Below are positions 9,943 through 23,159 of a stretch of 48,194 nt of DNA, piece after piece. Made by a program: the position numbers and the translations under genes. Source of the stretch: Octopus bimaculoides (Eukaryota); the NCBI RefSeq assembly GCF_001194135.2, contig NC_068982.1, positions 40,231,281-40,279,474 of the forward strand, given 5' to 3'. Each line of letters opens with the position of its first letter. Positions within the stretch are counted from its first letter, which is position 1. The notes below the pieces were generated by a model. The model saw nothing but the letters and a program-made list of their open reading frames with translations, was not told the origin of the DNA and did not search any database.

Positions 9943-10193
9943 TGCTAGACAACCTTTGTTATGATGAAATCTTTTGTCATTTTTCAAAAACACCTGGATT
10001 TATACTATTGAACAGAAAAAAAAACATAGAAATGCACGAACACAAACGTTCAAACATATCCAATCACACACACTCTCGTACAGCTATTGCTGCCACATAT
10101 CTTTGCGCCAATTAATTGCCGTACAGGCCGTAAAAACTATTCCTGATATACAGACATATGTGTGCATTAATAAACGTATGTATGTGAATGTGT

Positions 10194-10230
<37 letters not shown>

Positions 10231-10249
10231 CACACACACATATATATAC

Positions 10250-10283
<34 letters not shown>

Positions 10284-11299
10284 NNNNNNNNNNNNNNNNN
10301 NNNNNNNNNNNNNNNNNNNNNNNNNNNNNNNNNNNNNNNNNNNNNNNNNNNNNNNNNNNNNNNNNNNNNNNNNNNNNNNNNNNNNNNNNNNNNNNNNNNN
10401 NNNNNNNNNNNNNNNNNNNNNNNNNNNNNNNNNNNNNNNNNNNNNNNNNNNNNNNNNNNNNNNNNNNNNNNNNNNNNNNNNNNNNNNNNNNNNNNNNNNN
10501 NNNNNNNNNNNNNNNNNNNNNNNNNNNNNNNNNNNNNNNNNNNNNNNNNNNNNNNNNNNNNNNNNNNNNNNNNNNNNNNNNNNNNNNNNNNNNNNNNNNN
10601 NNNNNNNNNNNNNNNNNNNNNNNNNNNNNNNNNNNNNNNNNNNNNNNNNNNNNNNNNNNNNNNNNNNNNNNNNNNNNNNNNNNNNNNNNNNNNNNNNNNN
10701 NNNNNNNNNNNNNNNNNNNNNNNNNNNNNNNNNNNNNNNNNNNNNNNNNNNNNNNNNNNNNNNNNNNNNNNNNNNNNNNNNNNNNNNNNNNNNNNNNNNN
10801 NNNNNNNNNNNNNNNNNNNNNNNTATATATATATATATATATATATACTCACACACACACACATATATATATAATCTGATAAATACATATATGTATGTAT
10901 GTGCGAGCTGTAGTGTGTGTGTGCGTGTGTGTGTATCTACACAATCATTTGCATTGATGCTATCACCTTCATACAGGCTATCACAAAAAGTATAGATTTT
11001 AGTTGCAGACATGGTTCAAAAGCGCCATGTACGTGTAAGGGTGGGGTTGACTTTACAAGTAAACAACAATTTGTCACGTGTTTGGCAAGTAACCATTAGA
11101 CCATATAATAGTAAAGACCCAAAATAATGTCTTTTTGATTTTGCGAGTTGGCGCGCCATACATGTAAGTAAACATGAACATATATAAGAATAACTTATAC
11201 GGCTTAAACTGAATGTTTGTGCGTCTACATACGCTTGTGCAAGTGCGTGCATGAGAGAGATTGATTACGTATGTATAACAGCCTGTATATCTTACTGGC

Positions 11300-11858
11300 T
11301 TCAAATTTTGGCACAAATCCAGCAATTTTGTAGGAGGTGGTTCGTCAATTACATCGACTCCAGTGCTCAACTGGTACTTATTTTATGGACCCCGTAAGGA
11401 TAAAAGGCAAAGTCGACACTGATTCAGAACGCAAAGAAATGTTGCTAACCATTGTGTCCGGCGTGGTAACAATTTTTTCTTTCTACTCTCGGCACAAGGC
11501 CCAAAATGTTTAGGGAGGAGCCTAGTCGATTAGATCGACCCCAGTATGCAACTGGTACTTAATTTATCGACCTCGGTGGAATTTGAACTCAGAACGTTGA
11601 CAGACGAAATACTGATAAGCATTTCGCCAGGTGTGCTAACGTTTCTTATTTCTTTATTGCCCACACGGGGCTAAACATAGAGGGGACAAACAAGGACAGA
11701 CAAAGGGATTAAGTCGATTACATCGATTCCAGTACGTAACTGGTACTAACTCAGAACATAACGGCAGACGGAATACCGCCAAGCATTTCGCCCGGCGAAC
11801 GAACGTTTCTACCTGCTCACCGTCTTCGGCGTGGTAACAATTCTGCCAGCTCACTGCC
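11300..11858 (-). mobile_element. Older family-A SINE acting as host, split by the dimer at 11475-11826
   Basis: Body and tail at 11300-11474; head CTGCCAGCTCACTGCC at 11843-11858. Confidence 0.75.
11475..11826 (-). mobile_element. Full dimeric family-A SINE with 16-bp TSD
   Basis: CGGCGTGGTAACAATT at 11459-11474 and 11827-11842. Confidence 0.88.
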
Positions 11859-11915
11859 TTCAGCCTGCATATCATAGTAAAGCAGATTTATCGTCAAAAG
11901 CCTCCTGAAGCGTTG

Positions 11916-12137
11916 TATTCTTTTATTCTTTTACTCGTTTCAATTAAGTGCGGCCACGCTGGAGAACGACCTTTAGTCGAACAAATCGGTCGCGGGATGT
12001 ATTCTTTGTAAGCCTAGTACGTATTCTATCGGTCTATTTTGCCGAACCGCTAAGATACGGGGACGTAAACACACCAACATTGGTTATCAAGCGATTGTGG
12101 AGGAGCAAGCACAGATACAAATATATATATATGTATG

Positions 12138-12181
<44 letters not shown>

Positions 12182-12332
12182 CGACGGGCTTCTTTCAGTT
12201 TCCGTCCACCAAATCTACTCAAAGTTTTGGTCGGCCCGAAGCTATAGTAGAAGACACTTGCCCAAGGTGCCGCGCAGTGGGACTGAACCGGGATTATACG
12301 TTTGGGAAGCAAGCCCCTTGCCATACACCTAC
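11916..12332 (-). mobile_element. SINE family B (CORE-type), near full length, with central (TA) tract
   Basis: tRNA head, CORE motif, internal microsatellite, and 3' part ending in AAAAGAATAAAAGAATA. Confidence 0.9.
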
Positions 12333-14399
12333 TACATTTTTGTTTTCTTTCTCCTTTTTTTTCCTCTTAATCCGTTCTGCCGAAGAGAGAAGCTCGATAC
12401 GTAAAAGACAATCCCATTCTTCCCGAGCGTTAAGCTAATACACCTGCTTGTTCTTTCTACACCTGTCTTCCTCTTTTGTTCTCTGCAAATTTGAACGATA
12501 TATATATAAGATATTTAAAACCACATACTCGAGATAGAAGTGAGAAAATAGCTCCTGCCACGTCACTCAAGCCAGCTATCCCTTATCTGTTTGAGAATTT
12601 GTTGCCAAATCGAAACGGCAACTCGTAGGTTTCTGCTAACTGTCCTTGAAACTACATCCGTTTGATTTCATTTACTGCAAGCGGGCTTATCTCTAAATTG
12701 GATAGATTTTCTAGCTGTTATTCGATCAGGTTATGTCCTACTAAGTGGCCGATTTCTTAGGCACCAGTTTAATATGTAATCTCTTCTATGAATGTTGTCA
12801 AGGTGCTGTAGGAAGGAAACAATGCATCAAGGTATCAAGTCATCCTTAGAACAGAAATTTGGACCAAATGCTTTCAATAGGTGCCAGATGGTGGTGTGAC
12901 CATGTGAAAATTGTAATTTGTTAAGTTGCCGTTGCCCATATATTGGATTATAATGCAGCTCACACATTACATACCGAATCCTCTGAGCCTATTGCTGTTT
13001 TCAAGTTTGTCTTATTGCATGCCGCTCATTGGTTTGTCTAATCAGGATCAGAGTCATTTTCGGTACGTCGGTAACTTCCTTTTTTCTAGGCTATTTAGAA
13101 ATTTAAATTTTTATACAGGAGCTTATTCATATCTTAAAAAGCTTCCTCTATCTATTTGTAAAGTGTATGTTCGGTTCAACAAACTACATCATAATACGTC
13201 TATCTATACTCTATATGTAATATATGTTGAGATGTTGTTGAAATGTATCGATCAGTCCTATGGCAGGTTTTTTTTTACCTATCGATAATGCGCCTAACAC
13301 AATTCCAAGCTAATCATGTCTCCGACTAATCAAGGACCATGCTGCACAGTCCAACATAGAGTCATGAATTTCATGGGATGACATGCTATACACAATCCAC
13401 TTCTATATGCCTAAGATTGTTATACCAGTCACATAGAGACGAACATGGAGATTCAGCCAGCATATAATATTTACACTTTGGTGGTGGGCATCTCAACAGA
13501 AATGTTTCTAGCCAGTGAGGCTATCGATAATGCAGCTATTCCCATGTATGAGATATATTTTACATTTGTCATAGGCTAGTTTTTATGATGCTGCTGGAAT
13601 ATTTTTGAGGAGATGTACAAGTATAGCTTCGATTTGCTTGAAGTAGCAAGAAGCAGTAGTGGAATAGGAAACCTGCAATAGAAAAAACCTTGTATCTTGC
13701 GTATCGCGGAAGCCTTCTATTTGAATTAATTTTGTTTCGTTGAGAAGATTGTTTCGCGTATTTTATAGTTTATTGGGTGTATTTTTGTGGAGAGGCTGCG
13801 AACGCAGATAGAAGTGGCTTAGTCCATGATGGATAAAATAAATTGTTTTACATTCTGTCTGCCAAATATGATAACTGGTGTTGTTTTAAATATATTTGTG
13901 TCATTTTACTATCTTTGCTCTGTCATCTATTTGAGTTATGAACGCTGTATGTAAATCGTAGTGTTATTGTATCATGCATACTTCATAGTTATGCAAGTCA
14001 TCGTCATACTTTGTGATATTTGATATTTTCTAGTGTTGCTGATGGGAAGAGTTTGAGTGGAACTGCATAGTACTGCTTCAAGTCTCCAGCCTCACATAAC
14101 TCACTTAAAAACTCTAGAACACAGTTTTTAAGTGATATAGCTAATGTTTTTAAGTAATATAACTAATGTTGTGCTACATTGTAAAATATTTGAAATGTGT
14201 ATCATTAATCCTATCTCTGTATGCAGTTGCTTATATGTTTGTGAATGTGTTAGAAGGTGATATAAATGGGTATACGTTTAAATATATGGATGAGAAGACA
14301 GATTACAATGTCTGAAAGTGTTATTCGTCAACAATACGTAGGTTTGGCACTCTGACAAGTACTTTGCAAAATAATGCTTTGTGTTGTTTTTAATGCGAT

Positions 14400-15060
14400 T
14401 TTATTACACAAGTCCTCCCTCGTTTAATAATAAACACTGAAATAGGAAAAGAAAGCTCAATAAATCTGACTATTAATTATTAATCTACTTGTCACCTCAA
14501 CCATAGCAAATTGATTTCATCTGTTACCTTAACACTTCCCTTCAAACCGCAATTATTAATTAAGACAAAATATTGTCAAAATTACCTACTTCATTATGTA
14601 TATTTTCTATCAAACTCTTACTATGTTTTACCTTGCTGAATGAAGCAATAATTTTCTTGATAATCCTACTACTTTTAATATTATGTGTAACTGTGCCAAT
14701 TATAAAATATGCCTCTTTCATGAAAATTGCACAACCAGAATTCAATGCACGTGCACATTAAATTTATACAATACATTTACCGCTAATCAATTTAAAATTT
14801 TTACCTCCAACTTACTCACTCTTTTATAAACTTTAATATAATATCAACCTCTTCATTATCTTCTTATAAAGGAACTTTAAATAACATTTCAACACATCTT
14901 TGAAAACCTTGTCTTTCGTTAAACAATGTATCTACAACATAACAGGTCGTGCCAACTTTGCAGCATTGAAAGATATGAAATTTATATTTTCTAACCAAGC
15001 ATTACTAAACAAACACCTAATTAATCTGTCATTGCAACCACAGAACATTGTAGACTTTGA
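14400..15060 (+). mobile_element. Penelope-like element remnant (RT-endonuclease linker and GIY-YIG region)
   Basis: One frame from 14533 reads HFPSNRNY*LRQNIVKITY...CNCANYKICLFHENC, matching the PLE HFP..H...IFN.N.VKISYS and CNC....CPL.G.C motifs. A later frame gives LLNKH at the C-terminus. Confidence 0.6.
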
Positions 15061-15284
15061 AAACTGTTCAAACTATCGATTTCTCCAATTGTTATTTCTA
15101 AGAGCTGATATACAATAATCTTTTTAATGCCTGGCTGTTCCTATTAAACACACTTGTGCATTTTCTAGACTCCTATATTACAATGTTACTTTAACGTGAC
15201 TAGCCTTTATATTACATTCCTGGAACAATTCTCTCTCTATTTTTCTACATTACATTTCTGGTAATATATATGTACGTCGGTGAA

Positions 15285-15420
15285 TTGGTAAAGTGTTTAG
15301 AGTGTCGGACGAAACATCTCGCAGTATTTATTCCGATTTCTTGCTTTCTGAGATCAAATCGGCCAAGAATAACTTTACATTTCATCTTCCCGGGATCTAA
15401 AATAAAAGCTAGATCCGTTA
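15285..15420 (+). mobile_element. Degenerate family-A SINE
   Basis: GGTGAATTGGTAAAGTGTTTAG head and TTCTGAGATCAAATCGGCC B-box region. Confidence 0.55.
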
Positions 15421-16554
15421 CTGATGGAATCGCTAAATCATCGGATAAGATGCCTTGCGGCATTTGTTACATTTCGTGTTGAGTTCGCATTCCATGTCCT
15501 ATCGTGGCTTACATGGCAAATAAACTCTGTTGCAAACATTTCATCCAGGTTTCAAATTTGAGGATGCCTTCCGGCTCCCAACCACCAATTAGTCTCATTT
15601 CTTTTGTTTGCTGTTGTATGGGTATATCTACCTATACAAAAGCAAAGAAAAGAAATGAGGATGGAGTGGAGAGCATTACTAATGTTTATGGGAGTTAGAA
15701 TTGTACGTATGGAAGGCCTACTTTTTTATTATTTTGTTTGTTAGAAGCGCGATGCATCTTTATGCTAAATTTGTGAGTTGTTTAGTGGTTGCATGTAATC
15801 TCTTGAATCTGTGTTCTGAGGGTTAACGATCTCAAAGATTAAGATTCAGTGTATTGTACTGATTGCTAAATTGATTTAAGATGTTTTGGGATGATTTTTC
15901 TTGATTATAATGATACTGGATTTACATTTTGCTATCGGATACTTGGCAGATGTAGTAATCTCAGCATTTTAAGATCATGTTTGCTTAAGATGATTGCTTC
16001 GCAACAATGAGACCTCGAGCTAGATCCCACAACAGAAGTCTATTTTATCAGAGCCTTGGATCGACCGAGGCCCTTTGAGAGAAAATGGATAGAGGTAAAC
16101 TGAGTGGAGGTAAACATTAATAGAGTGTATTTCTAATTCAAAAATCTACTCTTGACATCACACTGACACCACCACAGGATCGTGTGAAGTATGCAAGCTT
16201 CTGTTGCTAATTGAACGAGTTGCTAGCATAAATGAATGCACAAGTTCGAAGAAGACGAATAAAAATTTACTTTATTGTATGTGTGCAGATTATTTGGAAG
16301 AAACCAAACTTTATATATATATGAATATGTATATGTATATGTATATATATGATTATATATGATGGAAGATACCTGAATGTTTATTGATCGTTACAATTGT
16401 TTCGACCCATCTAACATCGATCTCTCGCGGGTGGGATATTGAACAACTTGTTTAGGAGTATCTGTCAGTGTAGATGTGTCTCTTCAGGTGATTACCAGAT
16501 GTATCTCGTTAAAAGAACGTCCGTTCCGAATGTTTTATTCTCGGTATTATATAA

Positions 16555-16622
16555 TGTGTGTGCGTGCGTTTCTTTGTGTGTATGTGTGTGTGTCTGTGTC
16601 TGTGTATGTGTGTGTGTGTGTA

Positions 16623-16667
<45 letters not shown>
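16555..16667. repeat. (TG)n
   Basis: Visible run ending at a gap. Confidence 0.95.
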
Positions 16668-18397
16668 NNNNNNNNNNNNNNNNNNNNNNNNNNNNNNNNN
16701 NNNNNNNNNNNNNNNNNNNNNNNNNNNNNNNNNNNNNNNNNNNNNNNNNNNNNNNNNNNNNNNNNNNNNNNNNNNNNNNNNNNNNNNNNNNNNNNNNNNN
16801 NNNNNNNNNNNNNNNNNNNNNNNNNNNNNNNNNNNNNNNNNNNNNNNNNNNNNNNNNNNNNNNNNNNNNNNNNNNNNNNNNNNNNNNNNNNNNNNNNNNN
16901 NNNNNNNNNNNNNNNNNNNNNNNNNNNNNNNNNNNNNNNNNNNNNNNNNNNNNNNNNNNNNNNNNNNNNNNNNNNNNNNNNNNNNNNNNNNNNNNNNNNN
17001 NNNNNNNNNNNNNNNNNNNNNNNNNNNNNNNNNNNNNNNNNNNNNNNNNNNNNNNNNNNNNNNNNNNNNNNNNNNNNNNNNNNNNNNNNNNNNNNNNNNN
17101 NNNNNNNNNNNNNNNNNNNNNNNNNNNNNNNNNNNNNNNNNNNNNNNNNNNNNNNNNNNNNNNNNNNNNNNNNNNNNNNNNNNNNNNNNNNNNNNNNNNN
17201 NNNNNNNNNNNNNNNNNNNNNNNNNNNNNNNNNNNNNNNNNNNNNNNNNNNNNNNNNNNNNNNNNNNNNNNNNNNNNNNNNNNNNNNNNNNNNNNNNNNN
17301 NNNNNNNNNNNNNNNNNNNNNNNNNNNNNNNNNNNNNNNNNNNNNNNNNNNNNNNNNNNNNNNNNNNNNNNNNNNNNNNNNNNNNNNNNNNNNNNNNNNN
17401 NNNNNNNNNNNNNNNNNNNNNNNNNNNNNNNNNNNNNNNNNNNNNNNNNNNNNNNNNNNNNNNNNNNNNNNNNNNNNNNNNNNNNNNNNNNNNNNNNNNN
17501 NNNNNNNNNNNNNNNNNNNNNNNNNNNNNNNNNNNNNNNNNNNNNNNNNNNNNNNNNNNNNNNNNNNNNNNNNNNNNNNNNNNNNNNNNNNNNNNNNNNN
17601 NNNNNNNNNNNNNNNNNNNNNNNNNNNNNNNNNNNNNNNNNNNNNNNNNNNNNNNNNNNNNNNNNNNATATATATATATATATATATATATATATACGGA
17701 TGAGTGGACAAACGAAAGGGCACTCATCCAATTTATTGGCAGTTACGTGTGTGGATCAAAACAGTTTGATTCAAATTCGTTGGTATTCTTGAGTTTCAAG
17801 CGTGATGCTAATCGTCAAATGTATATATGTATATATGTATGTATATATGTATGCATATGTGTATCCTTTTACTCTATTGATTAATTTTTGTACTTCTTTC
17901 TATTGGATATCTTAGAAATGCAAATATTAATCATTCTATGTTAACTACAGCTGTTCTTTCATATGACGAATAAATAAACGACTATTAGCATGTAAACATG
18001 TATTGGCTAATCCATCAAGCATTCTTATATGTGTGTTTTGGGCTACATACGTATCGATGTTCGTATGTATTGTTGTTTATTCATACAGATTTATATATGT
18101 TTATGTCTTAATGTAGACATGCTTAATGTAGACATAATTTAGTTAGCCGAAAGGCACGGCCACCACCACTGAACTGATATTTTATCAGTGTTAATTTGAT
18201 TGTATTATTTGAATCTGTTTTTCTTTTTTTTAATTTTTGGTTCTCTTCCATCTGTTTATAAAAGTCATTGTTTTGAGGGTTGTTTGTTTTTCATTTTCAT
18301 TCTTTCTCTCTGGATCATAAATCTTTCTTAATCAAAAGAGACAGCTCGGAGTCAGATTTCTAATGAATTAAATTAAAATAAAGTAAAAAAATATCCT

Positions 18398-18429
<32 letters not shown>

Positions 18430-18502
18430 TGCTGCTATCGTTGTTATTTTTATTATTATTGTTGTTGTTGTTGTTGTTGTTGTTATTATTATTATTATTA
18501 TT

Positions 18503-18567
<65 letters not shown>

Positions 18568-18670
18568 TATTATTATTATTATTATTATTATTAAAATTTT
18601 TATTATTGTTTTTGTTGTTGCTACTCTTATTATCATCATCATCATCATCATCATCATCATTATCATCATC

Positions 18671-18707
<37 letters not shown>

Positions 18708-18802
18708 GCAACATCAACTTCGCTGCTACTGTTAAATTGTCATTTCGGGTTTACGTTGTTATTATTATCACCGCCTTCTTGCGCTTATTGAAAATGATAA
18801 GA

Positions 18803-18866
<64 letters not shown>

Positions 18867-18937
18867 CGATGATGATAATGGAGATGATGGCATTGGTGAT
18901 GAGGATCATCGTCATCATCATCATCACTATCATCATC
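18398..18937. repeat. Compound trinucleotide block: (CAT)/(TAT)/(TGT)/(CAA)/(GAT)
   Basis: Visible runs. It explains the poly-L/S/T/M/I ORFs. Confidence 0.97.
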
Positions 18938-19214
18938 TGGAATAGGAGGATATTGCCGTTGCCTAGCCCAAAGCTAACTACGATAGAGCAGATCTTTTGA
19001 TAAAAAACGCCGTCCGTTTTGTTTTGTTTTGTTTTGTTTTGATTTCCTACTTAGTTTGACAGAACGTCATTCATCGAATATGCCCTTCTATTATCAAAAG
19101 TAGTCGTGTGATTTTGAAGGAGATTTTGCAACTCCATCTCGCAGTACAGGTGACTATCTAGAAGCACTCAAATGGAGAAGTTATTATCATTGGGTGATTT
19201 ATGTTGTATGTTGG

Positions 19215-19390
19215 ACAGCAGAATCGCTGAAGCTTTGAATAAAATGTATTACAATATTTCTTGAAGCTTTGTGAGTTCAAATCCTGCCGGAGTCAAATTT
19301 ACCTTTCATTCATTCAGTGTCGTTAACGTAATCCATCAGGCAATTACGAGGTTCTGTTTACTCGTCCCCAAATTTCTGGCCTTGGATGTG
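19215..19390 (+). mobile_element. Degenerate family-A SINE
   Basis: GCAGAATCG head, GAGTTCAAATCCTGCC B-box, AAATTTCTGGCCTTG tail. Confidence 0.65.
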
Positions 19391-21354
19391 TGTTATAAAG
19401 GTTTCTGAATGTGGTTATAAAACGTTCTTAACCTTGCTGTTTACATATGTATACCATTGATCTCTTTTGAATACAGAAGACACACGTATGTTGTCCACAG
19501 ATATACATACATCTACATGCATGCTCATGCAGCTACACCGTGTGTGTATATTAGAATTTTAACATTTTGCCGTGTGAAGCTTGAAGTCGATAGGCAAAAG
19601 AATGAACTACCAAATGAGTTAGAGAAATAATTTAAGGGTTATCTCTTTATGTAGGGGTTCCAGGGTGTATAAATAGTAGTAGGATAAAACTAGCGCTAAA
19701 GAAAAACAGGTATCGCCAATATGTCTAGAAAACGAATAGTACTTATGATTTCGTAAATAGAGCTAATCAAAACTTATCCAAAACCAAACCCGTAGAGTTT
19801 TTATAATGGTGTACTTACTGAAATATTCTAGAGACTAAACATCTGTTGTCCGTTATGCAACTGACCGAAGTCCTGCCATTTCTACAACCGGTGAGTTATA
19901 TTTAAACCAAAGGCAAGCTAAGACCGTTACAGGGGTAGACGTAAAAAGGAAGAAAAATGAACCAGTAAATAAAAAAGGTGTGGGGGAGAATACTATGGTC
20001 ATAGTCGCACGAAGCCGTTTATACTCTTGTACACCGCCTCAACATAACATAAAATAAACAATAAACAATAAAATGAGTACTAGCAAACAATACGGCTATC
20101 AACATTTTTACATTTAAGGGGAGACTACTGATAGTAGGGCGAATACTAGTGGAAATTACCTTCGAAATATAATGATAAATCTGCAATCTTAAATAGCTAA
20201 CATACCTCCAAGTGGTGGTAATACTAGGCGAACAAGTAAATATCTACACGTTCCTGAGTGCATTCTACCTCTTAGACATACGAGAGAGCAATAGTACAAA
20301 AAACCCCAGGCTATTAAACGATTACAAGTTGAATAACTTGATGATTACTAACATGGTTACAAACTGCAGGTTCTACCACATTTTACTAAATATTACTTAA
20401 TATATATTATATTAAAATTAAAATTACAAATTAAAATTAGATTGCTCATATTGCTAAACTTATTGTTATATTAACCCTTACGTGGGTGTAGCCAAACTGG
20501 ATCTACCACAAAATTTCACTTCCATTCATATGCAATAAGCCTACAACAGTACCCAATACATACCAATAATATCTAGAGAGGGGATCCGTTAATATTGAGT
20601 TATTAAATTTATTTTCTACAGTGGGGTTATGTTGTTCCTAAGTGAGTAGGACTAATAGGGTCCATTATAAATCGAGGTTGACCAGTATGCTGGTTGAAAA
20701 GATTAAGTCCAGATTGAAACTAGTGCAAACAATCTCACCCATGGTATGTAAGGTACAGAAAAGTAAAGTTAGTTGTCAGGGAGTTTTAACCTTGGGGTCA
20801 AACATTAATGCCCTCTGTATTCAAAATTAGGTTCATGATTGAAAGAGCTAGCATTTGTTAAAGGGGTGAGTATGTTATATTTAGGAGAAATAGCTTAATG
20901 AGTGTATATTATAGATTGTTGTTATGGTTCGGGGTGGGATTCAAACTCGGATATGTTGAAGGGATAGGGGTATTGTTGCAGGAACACCCGTAAGGGACTC
21001 AGGTATGCAATGTAATTAAACTAGCTTAAATCCTTTCATTTGATACCGAGGGCTACTATTTCTATGGTTATATCCTGTTCTTTCCTCTTCCTTCCGTTTG
21101 TTTTATTTATTTATTTTTTCGTATTCGTATTCACTCTGATGAAGCTACATGTACTAGTTTGAATGTGCCATAAAGATAGCGAATATTATTTTTGGAATTT
21201 TCTTTGTAAGCACCGATTGACATCGGCAGCCGAGACGGCCGTAAGGAATGTTATGTAATGTTATGTTGTTTTGTATCAAAAAATAATTAACTGATGTTGG
21301 TCAATCTGTTTGTTTGTTGATGAAAACTTTCTTCATTTTCTGCTTATTTAAATA

Positions 21355-21406
<52 letters not shown>

Positions 21407-21569
21407 GTGTTATATATATATATAGATATATATACACATGTTATATATATATATAGATATATATAGCGAAACGTACTTATAAGTGCGTGTGTGTGTGCGT
21501 GCATATGTATGTGCGTGTGTGCGAGTGCATAGCTCTAAAACAAGGAAGAGTAATGAAATGATCGCAGAG

Positions 21570-21670
21570 CAAAAGTGAGATGAGGTGTTTTGCTCAAGAA
21601 CAAAACGCACCACCCGATCTAGGAATTGAAACCACGATCTCCCAATCTTGACTTCAGCAACCTAACCATC
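21570..21670 (-). mobile_element. Partial SINE family C head
   Basis: Degenerate match to 47330-47441 (AGGTGTTTT..CTCAA..AACGC..CCCG..GGAAT.GAAAC). Confidence 0.6.
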
Positions 21671-22288
21671 AGAATATGTACTCTTGCATGTTTATAGACG
21701 TATGAATATTTATAATTTTTGTCTGGTTACCTATCTCCATACCAAATTCTTAAGTATATGCATGTATTTCTATTTATGTGTCTAGCAGTATCTTTATCTC
21801 TATCCATTTAGAAATATACCTTTCTCTCTCTCTTAGGTTTCATTCACAAAAGCATTTCTATATCGCAATATCTATACCATTGTACAAGGTGCATTTGAAA
21901 ATTAGAAGTTAATTAAAACTTGGGTGGTGTATTTCACTTCATAGTCAGCATTTACGATCAATTATTTAAAAAATTAAAAGATAAAAATGCAATTAGATAA
22001 TTAAAGATACAATAATAATTATCAAACTAATTGATAAGAATTAAAAAGAATTGGTTGATTACAGTAGTATTGGGTTATTGGTGTGGATGAAAGAACAAAA
22101 GAATCTATTATTGCTAATACAGAAACGCAAGTAAAACTGAAAATTAAATAAACTTTTATATCATTTTAGTGAACGTAAAAAGTTATGTTGTAAATATTAA
22201 AATTTATAGCAAGCTTAAGACGATAATATTTTTGATGTATTTCCTTTGTTTCAATTTGGTAAAACGTTTATACAGATGTTTATACATG

Positions 22289-22438
22289 CACAGACATGGG
22301 TTTATAGAAAGATGTTTGCTTCCCAACCACATGGTTCTGGGTTCAGTCCTACTGCGTAGCACCTACGGCAAGTGTCTTCTACCATATCTTCGGAGGATCG
22401 ACCAAAACCTTCTGAGATTCGGTAGACAGAAACTGAAA

Positions 22439-22440
<2 letters not shown>
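22289..22440 (+). mobile_element. SINE family B, 5' half (host of a nested stack)
   Basis: GCTTCCCAACCACATGGTTCTGGGTTCAGTCC and GGCAAGTGTCTTCTAC. Confidence 0.82.
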
Positions 22441-22483
<43 letters not shown>

Positions 22484-22486
<3 letters not shown>

Positions 22487-22591
22487 AGAATAATAAGGTA
22501 GTCAGGATGTCGGATAACGGAAAAAAGTGCGAAAAATGTAAATAAAAATATATATAATCATCCAACATTCTGACTACCTTATTATTCTCAA
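22484..22591. mobile_element. 108-bp MITE with 34-bp TIRs and TA flanks (Tc1/mariner-type)
   Basis: TTGAGAATAATAAGGTAGTCAGGATGTCGGATAA (22484-22517) against the reverse complement of 22558-22591 shows 3 mismatches. TA on both sides. Confidence 0.82.
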
Positions 22592-22651
22592 TATACAATA
22601 TATGTACATCATGTCAAAAACTCTCTACATGTATGTATATATATGTATGTG

Positions 22652-22721
<70 letters not shown>

Positions 22722-22734
22722 CATGCGTATAATT

Positions 22735-22921
22735 GGCGCAGGAGTGGCTGTGTGATGTGTAGCTCGCTTACCGGCCACATGTTTCCAGGTTCAGTCCCAC
22801 TGCGTGGCACCTTCGGCAAGTGTCTTCTACTATAGCCTCGGGCTGACCAAAGCCTTTTGAGTGGATTTGGTATATGGAAGCTGAAAGAAGACCGTCGTAT
22901 ATATGTGTACGTGTTTGTGTA

Positions 22922-22952
<31 letters not shown>

Positions 22953-23150
22953 GCGTGTTTGTGTCTCTGTGTGTGTGTGTCTGTGTGTGTGTGCTTGCAT
23001 GCCTGTTTGTGCCCCCACCATTCGGCAAAAGAGAACGATAGAATAAGTACTAGGCTTACAAAGAATAAATTTGGGGTCAATTTGTTCGACTAAAGCCGTT
23101 GCTCTAGTATGACCGCAATCTAATCACTGAAACAAATAAAAGAATAACAG
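22735..23150 (+). mobile_element. SINE family B, near full length
   Basis: GGCGCAGGAGTGGCTGTGTG head, CORE motif, (TG) tract, AAAAGAATAA tail. Confidence 0.9.
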
Positions 23151-23159
23151 AATATGTAT

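Noticed and set aside
8472-17884. Long ORFs of 250-480 aa in the supplied track
   Set aside because: They are read-through of N gaps and dinucleotide repeats (poly-X, CV/YI/HT runs), not genes.
19600-21060. Possible nuclear mitochondrial insertion
   Set aside because: No recognisable mitochondrial protein, rRNA or tRNA motif in the frames I tried; a decayed retroelement is more likely.
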